Assembly (NCBI RefSeq): GCF_017744695.1
Contig: NZ_JAGIAS010000004.1
Span: 143,303 to 207,302 of the forward strand
From: Dyadobacter sp.
GTDB lineage: Bacteria > Bacteroidota > Bacteroidia > Cytophagales > Spirosomataceae
Length of the DNA: 64,000 bases
Reading direction: 5' to 3'
Positions 57,244 through 64,000 of this stretch are shown one piece after another. Numbering within the stretch: position 1 is the stretch's first letter; every line of letters begins with the position of its first letter. The translations under genes were made by a program, and so were the position numbers. The notes under the pieces are model-generated. The model ran no database searches. It was not told where the DNA came from and worked only from the letters and a program-made list of their open reading frames with translations.

Positions 57244-58464
57244 ATGAAAATACTGCACACCGCCGACTGGCATATCGGCAAAAAACTCGACAACTTTTCC
57301 CGCCTCGACGAACAACGCCTCGTCCTGGAAGAAATCTGCGAAATCGCGGAGCGCGAGGCTGTCGATGCCATCGTCGTTGCCGGAGACCTCTTCGACAATT
57401 TTAACCCATCGTCGGAAGCGACCGAGCTTTTATACAGCACATTACACCGCTTGTCGGCCAACGGCACCCGTGCGGTCATCGCCATTGCGGGCAACCACGA
57501 CTCCCCCGAGCGTATTCAGGTACCCGACGCGCTCGCCAAAGTTTGCGGCATTCTTTTCGTTGGGTTCCCCAATACCGAGGTCAAACCATTTTGCACGCAG
57601 GGACAGGTAGATATTGTCAAAACGGCACCCGGATTTATCGAAATCAATCTCCCTAATGCTGCATTTCCCCTGCGCGTATTGCACACGCCTTACGCGAACG
57701 AGCAACGCCTGAAAACCTTCCTGGGTGTAGAGGAATCGGAAGAAGCATTACGCGTGCATTTGCAGGAACATTGGCAAAATCTCGCGGACCAATATCTGGA
57801 CAATAACGGCTTCAACCTGCTGGCAACGCACTTGTTTGTGATGCAAAAAGGCGGAGAAATGCCCGAGGAGCCCGACGACGAGCGCCCGATCCTACATATC
57901 GGCGGTGCGCAAGCCATTTATACCGAAAACTTCCCGAAACAGGTGCATTACATTGCGTTAGGGCATTTACACCGTTTTCATCAGGTCGATAAAGTGCCTG
58001 CTCCCGCAGTGTATTCCAGCAGCCCGCTGGCTTACAGCTTTTCCGAAGCCAATCAGACTAAATATGTGATCCTGATCGAAGCCGAGGCCGGCAAATTGAC
58101 TGGCTACAAACCTATTGAATTGTTGAAAGGCAAAAAACTGCGCCGGAAAAGCTTTCATAGTATCGACGAAGCGGTCGAATGGCTCGGCGGACATCAGGAA
58201 GACTTGATTGAGCTGACCATTATTTCCGATAATTACCTCGAAGCATCCGACAAAAAGCGGTTAATGGAAGCGCATTCGGGCATTATCCAGATCATTCCGC
58301 AGATTAAGAAGAACGAAGTGGCGGATACGTCGTCGGAGGTTGACCTTTCGCTGAGCATGGAGAAGTTGTTCCAGGAGTATTTCAAAAGTAGAAACAAAGG
58401 CCAAGAGCCCTCAGAAGGGCTAATGGAGGTTTTTCGCGAGGTATTAGGCAGCGAAGCGGAGTAA
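57244..58464 (+). CDS. sbcD: Exonuclease SbcCD subunit D
   Basis: HTADWHIGK, AGDLFD, GNHDS, ALGHLH, YSSSPLAYSFSE. Confidence 0.95.
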   Translation: MKILHTADWHIGKKLDNFSRLDEQRLVLEEICEIAEREAVDAIVVAGDLFDNFNPSSEATELLYSTLHRLSANGTRAVIAIAGNHDSPERIQVPDALAKVCGILFVGFPNTEVKPFCTQGQVDIVKTAPGFIEINLPNAAFPLRVLHTPYANEQRLKTFLGVEESEEALRVHLQEHWQNLADQYLDNNGFNLLATHLFVMQKGGEMPEEPDDERPILHIGGAQAIYTENFPKQVHYIALGHLHRFHQVDKVPAPAVYSSSPLAYSFSEANQTKYVILIEAEAGKLTGYKPIELLKGKKLRRKSFHSIDEAVEWLGGHQEDLIELTIISDNYLEASDKKRLMEAHSGIIQIIPQIKKNEVADTSSEVDLSLSMEKLFQEYFKSRNKGQEPSEGLMEVFREVLGSEAE

Positions 58465-58542
58465 AAGCTCCGGAGAGGCACCCTGTTTGTAGCAAATCGA
58501 TCTGCCTAACTGAGCTGGCACGAAGGTCTTCCTTCGAGCAAA

Positions 58543-58618
58543 CTATTCGCAGGTCTCCGGCCGGTCCATACCGCGAAGGCCGTAGTACATTATCGACCGG
58601 CCGGAGGCCTGCCAATAG
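58543..58618. repeat. 24-bp inverted repeat (22/24 match) with a 28-nt loop; REP-like or structured RNA
   Basis: CTATTCGCAGGTCTCCGGCCGGTC / GACCGGCCGGAGGCCTGCCAATAG. Confidence 0.75.
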
Positions 58619-58696
58619 CGCGTGCAAAGCAGGAGATTTGCACTATCGCACAACAAACATTCCATAAACAGAAGGCGGCCCTGCGACCGCATTAAA

Positions 58697-58732
58697 CAAA
58701 CGAGGCTACTCCTTCCGGAATAGCCTCGTTTG
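58697..58732. terminator. Hairpin terminator between convergent sbcD and dksA
   Basis: CAAACGAGGCTA / TAGCCTCGTTTG. Confidence 0.7.
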
Positions 58733-58756
58733 CGTTTTATCTGATCTTGTGACGAT

Positions 58757-59140
58757 TTAGCTAGCTCTTTTCAGCTTCGCTTCGATAGTCTGCTGAGTAT
58801 GCGGTACAATGCGCAGGCGCTCTTTCGGGATCAGTTTGCCCGTGTCAATGCAAATACCGTAAGTACCGTTTTTAATGCGGATCAGCGCGTTTTCGAGCTG
58901 TACCGAATATTTTTGAAGACGTGCGGCCAACTGGCTCAAATTCTCACGCTCACTGGCATCTGCCCCATCCTCCACTAATTTGGCCGCTCCGGCTGTTACG
59001 TCCGTGCCGCTATCGTTTTTTTTACTCAATCCCGTTTTGATGTATTCGAGCTCACTTCTTGTCGCTTCCAGTTTCCCACGGATCAGCTCTTCAAACTCCT
59101 TTAATTCTTCCTCTGAATATCTTGTTCGTTCTTCTTGCAT
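58757..59140 (-). CDS. TraR/DksA family transcription factor
   Basis: Coiled coil with acidic tip (EDGADAS); ALIRIKNGTYGICIDTGKLIPKERL; TACTTTTG at 59193-59186. Confidence 0.9.
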   Translation of the reverse strand: MQEERTRYSEEELKEFEELIRGKLEATRSELEYIKTGLSKKNDSGTDVTAGAAKLVEDGADASERENLSQLAARLQKYSVQLENALIRIKNGTYGICIDTGKLIPKERLRIVPHTQQTIEAKLKRAS

Positions 59141-59333
59141 AATCTGAATTGATTTGTTAGTCTACATCAAGGAGCGTTCAAAGCACAAAAGTACTAGTAT
59201 TCTGCCTATTTCGGAATAGTATTTAATTAATAACCACTTTCAAATGAGAAACTTACTAACACTGACATCAGGGGCTATAATCAACAAAGCCAAAACCTGG
59301 GTCGGTAATGGCTTCGCTGTGAATCTCTGAAGA

Positions 59334-60314
59334 TTATTTATAAAGCACCGATTTCACGGCCTCCACTGTGCGCTTCACGCTAGGCAGGATCTCTTCGATC
59401 AGCGTTGGCGCATATGGAAGAGGTACATCGCGGCTGTTTACACGGATCACCGGCGCATCCATATAATCAAATGCATGGCGCTGGATATGGTAAGCGAGTT
59501 CCGAAGAAATAGCAGCCAGTGGCCAGGCTTCTTCCACTACCACGCAGCGATTTGTTTTCTTCACTGATTCGATCACAGTAGCATAGTCGATAGGGCGAAC
59601 GGTGCGCAAATCAACCACTTCCACGTCGATACCTTCTTTTTCGAGTTGAAGCACCGCCGGCATTACCACGCGGGGAATCATCTTACCGAAAGAAACGATA
59701 GTTACGTCTTTACCCTGGCGTTTGATATCAGCCTTCCCCAGTGGAATAAGGTATTCTTCCTCGGGAACAGCCATTTTATCACCGTACATCACCTCCGATT
59801 CCATGAAGATCACCGGGTTGTTGTCGCGGATGGACGATTTCAGCAAGCCTTTTGCGTCGTAAGGGTTCGAAGGAACCACCACTTTCAAACCAGGCGTATT
59901 GGCAAACCAGTTTTCGAAGTTCTGGGAGTGCTGTGCGCCTAGCTGACCTGCATTACCGGTCGGCCCGCGGAACACGATCGGGCAACCGTACTGGCCGCCT
60001 GACATCGAAAGAATTTTCGCCGCACTGTTGATGATCTGGTCGATCGCCACGAGTGAGAAGTTGAATGTCATGAACTCGACGATCGGGCGCAGGCCGTTTC
60101 CGGCAGCCCCTACCGCAATCCCCGCAAAGCCAAGCTCCGCGATAGGCGTATCGATCACGCGCTCAGGGCCGAACTCATCGAGCATTCCCTGACTCGCCTT
60201 ATAAGCACCGTTGTATTCCGCAACCTCTTCCCCCATCAAAAAAATACTCTTGTCAAGGCGCATCTCTTCCGACATAGCGTCGCGAATGGCATCTCTAAAT
60301 GCTATTTCTTTCAT
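59334..60314 (-). CDS. pdhB: Pyruvate dehydrogenase E1 beta subunit
   Basis: GEEVAEYNGAYK, DTPIAELGFAG, EFMTFNFS, AQHSQ, DLRTVRP. Confidence 0.96.
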   Translation of the reverse strand: MKEIAFRDAIRDAMSEEMRLDKSIFLMGEEVAEYNGAYKASQGMLDEFGPERVIDTPIAELGFAGIAVGAAGNGLRPIVEFMTFNFSLVAIDQIINSAAKILSMSGGQYGCPIVFRGPTGNAGQLGAQHSQNFENWFANTPGLKVVVPSNPYDAKGLLKSSIRDNNPVIFMESEVMYGDKMAVPEEEYLIPLGKADIKRQGKDVTIVSFGKMIPRVVMPAVLQLEKEGIDVEVVDLRTVRPIDYATVIESVKKTNRCVVVEEAWPLAAISSELAYHIQRHAFDYMDAPVIRVNSRDVPLPYAPTLIEEILPSVKRTVEAVKSVLYK

Positions 60315-60522
60315 TCGTAATTCTGATAATTATTAATTCTTAGAAGAAACCACTGCAAAATCATTACATCTGACACAGACCGACCTGCGCGGTTACATTA
60401 AAAGAGGTTTTGTATACTTATTTCAAAATGATCTGGTAAAATTAGGCAACACCAGCCAATTCTCAAATTCTTTACCGGAACCATTCTGTTAAAAAATGGG
60501 GTAAATGCGGCGCATTCCGGTA

Positions 60523-61398
60523 TTAAATCGGGATCACGTCCACTTCTACTGAAAGCGTGTGTTTTCCGTAGCTGAAAATAATGCCTTTCAGCGGCGGCAC
60601 ATCACTGTAATCGCGGCCCCAGGCGGTGACAATATGGCGCTCGCCGGGAACGACATTATTGGTCGGGTCGAAGTCACACCAGCCGTAATCGGGAATAAAA
60701 ACCGAAATCCAGGCGTGCGAAGCGTCGGAGCCCTGCAACTTGGGTTTTCCCGGCGGCGGAAGTGTTTCGAGGTATCCGCTGACATACCGCGCTGCGAAGC
60801 CGAAACTCCGGATACAGGCAATGGCCAGATGCGAAAAGTCCTGACAAACGCCCTTTTTAGCCGCCAGCACTTCCTTGATAGGTGTGTTCACCGTCGTGAA
60901 ATCAGGCATGAATTTGAACTCCGTGAAAATTTTCCGGCAAAGTTTGGCAATGCATTCATACAATGGCACATGGTCGTCGAAACAATCGCTTGCATATGCC
61001 TTGATTTCCGCGTCCCATTTCACCAGCGGGCTCGGTAATGTGTACTCCAAAACTGAAATCTTCGTCGCGCGGTCGCCCGTGAGCCGCTGCCTGGCCTCTC
61101 CACTGGTTACCGACGAAGGAATGAACAACGATCCCGTACGTTCTTTCAAACGCTCGACGACCGCCGTCGTGAGCACGGTGAGTGCTTTATGGGGAGAATG
61201 CAGGGAAAAATAATGCGTGGTATTCCCGTAAAAATCAACCCGCTCACTGATCTGCGCTGGTTCCGGGGTGATTTTAATGCTAAAATCCTGACAAAGCTGG
61301 TCGGGTAACGTACGCGGCGTGAGGCACACGAGGCTGTGATAATTATTCACCGCCTCGGCGTACTTGTACTCGGTTTTATGGATCAGCTTATACTTCAT
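60523..61398 (-). CDS. Transglutaminase-like protein
   Basis: Catalytic triad context GVCQDFSH, ASHAW, FDPTN; GRDYSDVPP. Confidence 0.92.
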   Translation of the reverse strand: MKYKLIHKTEYKYAEAVNNYHSLVCLTPRTLPDQLCQDFSIKITPEPAQISERVDFYGNTTHYFSLHSPHKALTVLTTAVVERLKERTGSLFIPSSVTSGEARQRLTGDRATKISVLEYTLPSPLVKWDAEIKAYASDCFDDHVPLYECIAKLCRKIFTEFKFMPDFTTVNTPIKEVLAAKKGVCQDFSHLAIACIRSFGFAARYVSGYLETLPPPGKPKLQGSDASHAWISVFIPDYGWCDFDPTNNVVPGERHIVTAWGRDYSDVPPLKGIIFSYGKHTLSVEVDVIPI

Positions 61399-63946
61399 CC
61401 GTATCGTAGTCCATCGGTTCGAAAGAGTGGTGTATCAATGTGTGACTGAAATACTGGTTGGTCAGGTAAATGGATACCGAGCTCACCAGCCTGGCGACTT
61501 CCCCGAGCAGGGTAAAAAGCTCCTCCCGTTCCTCTTCGGCGTTGCATTTGCACAAATCCTGGATATTCGAGAGTTTGATGAGCGTCGATGCTTTCAACGC
61601 GAGCTTTTCAGCCTCATTCAGCCTCTCTCCGTGCGCGGTAGCCGGCAGTTCCGCGAGGTTTTTACCCAGCTCATCGAGCATATAAGTCAATGAATAGGGC
61701 AAACGCGGTTCAAGCAAAATCATATCCAGCATCGTCTCCACACTCAGGTGCGATTTGTAGATCTGCCTGTAATTCACCAGCATATGATGATTGATCAACG
61801 TTGCCTCAATCAGCTCGTTTTCCACCGCAGCCGTACGCCCAACACCAAAATTCGACTGGATCACGCTGATCCTTGACAATATCCTTTCAATCAGCTTCCC
61901 GGTTTCCAGCAGCAGGTAACTGTTATCCCGCGGCATACTTTCCGCAATCACGCCCAGGAACGTAAACATATTGTTGAACAGCTTGTCGAGCGTCCGCTGA
62001 ATGTTGGTGCTGTTCATATGCGAAGCATGGCGGATCTCGTGGTAGCCGTTATCAATCAGGTCCACGATCCGCCAGATTTCCAGCTCCCACTGGTTCCGCA
62101 CCGCACCAACGGCGTTCAGGAACGAGCCGATATTCGAAGCCACCGTCCCTGCGCGGCAGTTGTCGGAGATCAATGCGATGATTTCCTTGTAGGGATCATT
62201 CAGCTTCTCATCCGCATCCAAAAATCCGGGATAGGTAGCCGAAACATGCGTGAGCGACTGTAAAAGCACTTTAATATGTTCCTGCTTCGCCGATCCTCCG
62301 AAATTGCGGTCGAGGTTGAGCACATTGATGGTAATGTTCATGAACTTGATCACCGCCATTGTCCGCTCGCAGTACCGCCCTACCCAAAACAGGTTTTCGG
62401 CGCTCCGGCTCGGGAGCGAAACGTGCTTGTTCACCGCGGCAGGCGTATTCAGGACAATCCTTTCCTGCGGTTCATCAGACTTATCGGACACGATCCAGGT
62501 ATCTTTCGAAAACCCGCCCTGCTGGTTGGAGATCACGAACCGGTCCTTCACCGCCGAGCTGCGCGTAAGCCCGCCCTGCATAACGTGGTAGCCGTTTTCA
62601 TCCGCCACCATAAATGCCCGCAAAGCGGCATACCGGGGCTCTATCACCCCGTTGATCAACGAAGGCGTGGTGGAAAGGCTTACCTCCTGCTGCGCGATAA
62701 AATCGTGCGGTCGCTGGATAATCATCGCTTTCAGCTTTTCTTTTTCCTCCTTGCTCTGGGTTCGGCCATAAATCGAGGCAAACTTGGATTTTCGGTTGGC
62801 CTTTTTGATGATCAGTTCATCGATATTGTCGAGCACGTAGGTCAATTCTTTCTGATGGCCGCACCACCAGGTGGCCACATTGGGCATAATCAGCTTTTCG
62901 CCCAGAAAATACTGGCATATATTCTCCATGAATGCCAGAAAAGCATGGTTTTCCAGCACGCCTGATCCCGGCGGGTTCATTACCTGCACATTACCGAGAC
63001 GGATTGCCTGCAACAGGCCCGGCACGCCAAGACGCGAATCTTCCCGCAATTCCAGCGGGTCGCACCAGTCGTCGTCAACGCGGCGTACAATCACGTCCAC
63101 TTTTTGCAAACCATCGATGGATTTCAGCCACACGCTTCCGTTACGAACGAGCAGATCGTCGCCTTGCGCGAGTGTATAACCCAGGTACGAGGCCAGGTAG
63201 GCGTGTTCGAAATAGGCCTCGTTGCCGGGTCCCGGCGTCAGGTACACGATATTCGGGGCGTCGCGGGTTTTGTCCGAGAGCCTGAGTACGGTGTTTTGAA
63301 TGCTGTTAAAAAAAGGCGAGAGCTTGCTCACATACATGCCGTCGGCCAGTTCAGGCAGCAGCTTGCTCATCACAATTCGGTTTTCGAGCGTGTAGCCCGA
63401 GCCGGAGGGTGCCTGCGTGCGGCTGTCGAGCACCCACATTTGTCCATCCGGCCCCCGTGCCATATCAGCGGCAAACAGCGTCAGCTGCCTCGGTCCGGGA
63501 ACCTTAATATCGATGCAAGGCCTTAAAAACCCTGTGTTTTCAAATACGAGTTCCGCCGGAATGACTGCATCCTTTACGAGGTTTCTGGGTCCGTATATAT
63601 CCTTCAAAACGAGGTCGAGCAACAGGGCCCGCTGCTGCAAACCTTTCGAAATCTTCTCCCATTCGCGGTGTTCGATCAGGAAAGGGATCGGGTCGAGCTG
63701 CCAGGGGCGGTTCATGCCGTCGGGGCTTCCGTAAACGTTGTAAGTCACGCCATTCTCCCGCAGCCTGCTGATAATCTCCTGATTGCGGTTTTTGAGCTCC
63801 TCAATACCCAGTTTTTCCAGCGTGGCGAAAAGCGCCTGCCAGTGTGGCTTCAATTTTCCGTTGGGATCCAGCACCTCGTCGTAGGAAGTCAGGCCGGCTT
63901 GATAGGATTGTAACAGATTCACGGAAGCCTCGGTAAGCATATTCAA
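61388..63946 (-). CDS. Circularly permuted type-2 ATP-grasp protein fused to an alpha-E domain
   Basis: DMARGPDGQMWVLDSRTQAPSGSGY, LTPGPGNEAYFEHAYLA, RRVDD, GGLTR...SKDTW; then LPSRSAENLFWVGRYCER; TAGATTTG at 63970-63963. Confidence 0.9.
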   Translation of the reverse strand: MNMLTEASVNLLQSYQAGLTSYDEVLDPNGKLKPHWQALFATLEKLGIEELKNRNQEIISRLRENGVTYNVYGSPDGMNRPWQLDPIPFLIEHREWEKISKGLQQRALLLDLVLKDIYGPRNLVKDAVIPAELVFENTGFLRPCIDIKVPGPRQLTLFAADMARGPDGQMWVLDSRTQAPSGSGYTLENRIVMSKLLPELADGMYVSKLSPFFNSIQNTVLRLSDKTRDAPNIVYLTPGPGNEAYFEHAYLASYLGYTLAQGDDLLVRNGSVWLKSIDGLQKVDVIVRRVDDDWCDPLELREDSRLGVPGLLQAIRLGNVQVMNPPGSGVLENHAFLAFMENICQYFLGEKLIMPNVATWWCGHQKELTYVLDNIDELIIKKANRKSKFASIYGRTQSKEEKEKLKAMIIQRPHDFIAQQEVSLSTTPSLINGVIEPRYAALRAFMVADENGYHVMQGGLTRSSAVKDRFVISNQQGGFSKDTWIVSDKSDEPQERIVLNTPAAVNKHVSLPSRSAENLFWVGRYCERTMAVIKFMNITINVLNLDRNFGGSAKQEHIKVLLQSLTHVSATYPGFLDADEKLNDPYKEIIALISDNCRAGTVASNIGSFLNAVGAVRNQWELEIWRIVDLIDNGYHEIRHASHMNSTNIQRTLDKLFNNMFTFLGVIAESMPRDNSYLLLETGKLIERILSRISVIQSNFGVGRTAAVENELIEATLINHHMLVNYRQIYKSHLSVETMLDMILLEPRLPYSLTYMLDELGKNLAELPATAHGERLNEAEKLALKASTLIKLSNIQDLCKCNAEEEREELFTLLGEVARLVSSVSIYLTNQYFSHTLIHHSFEPMDYDTDEV

Positions 63947-64000
63947 AATCAGGGTTATACTGCAAATCTATCGCGATTTCCAGAATTTGCGTAAATCCAG

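Noticed and set aside
58674-58690. Partial look-alikes of the micro-insertion (GGCGGCCCTGCGACCGC here; ACCGACCTGCGCGGT near 60385)
   Set aside because: They need several indels to align, and no empty-site logic can be shown.
58697-58732. CCGGAAGG motif resembling the SRP (4.5S) RNA tetraloop
   Set aside because: It is a perfect short hairpin without the SRP internal loops (CAGG/AGCA); better explained as a terminator.

Overview
Core-genome window from a Bacteroidota (Cytophagales; Dyadobacter-like by gene content and TAnnTTTG promoters, which is an inference). Almost everything is on the minus strand. In order of coordinates: the tRNA-Tyr/Gly/Thr-tuf-tRNA-Trp-secE-nusG-rplKAJL-rpoB cluster (rpoB runs off the left edge and is missing from the ORF track); an ECF sigma/anti-sigma/OM beta-barrel triplet; murI; an orphan GH106-like hydrolase; a ~16.7 kb alternative complex III + aa3 oxidase operon; tRNA-Cys; rpsA; an HNH gene; smpB; accD; the distal half of the dcw cluster (murD to ftsZ); mscL, DUF3078 and a second ECF sigma; rplM-rpsI-rpsB-tsf; a decayed vapBC module; kdsC/acyltransferase/deacetylase; sbcD; dksA; pdhB; and a CP-ATP-grasp/alpha-E + transglutaminase pair. 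The most unusual signal is non-coding. A 15-bp GC-rich micro-insertion (GCGGT-CCGCCG-[C/AT]-GCGGT once inserted) occurs three times: in the D-loop of a duplicated tRNA-Thr half, and inside units of two different short-period, inverted tandem-repeat arrays (10-bp GTCAGG/CCTGAC; 7-8-bp GAGT/ACTC). Also notable: an A11 tract that fuses an ECF sigma in-frame to its anti-sigma, where A10 would give a normal ATGA stop/start overlap; an internally deleted VapC toxin; and a shared GCAAC-N16-CG(C/T)A ECF-type promoter motif at both ECF loci. No CRISPR array, transposase or integrase was seen.
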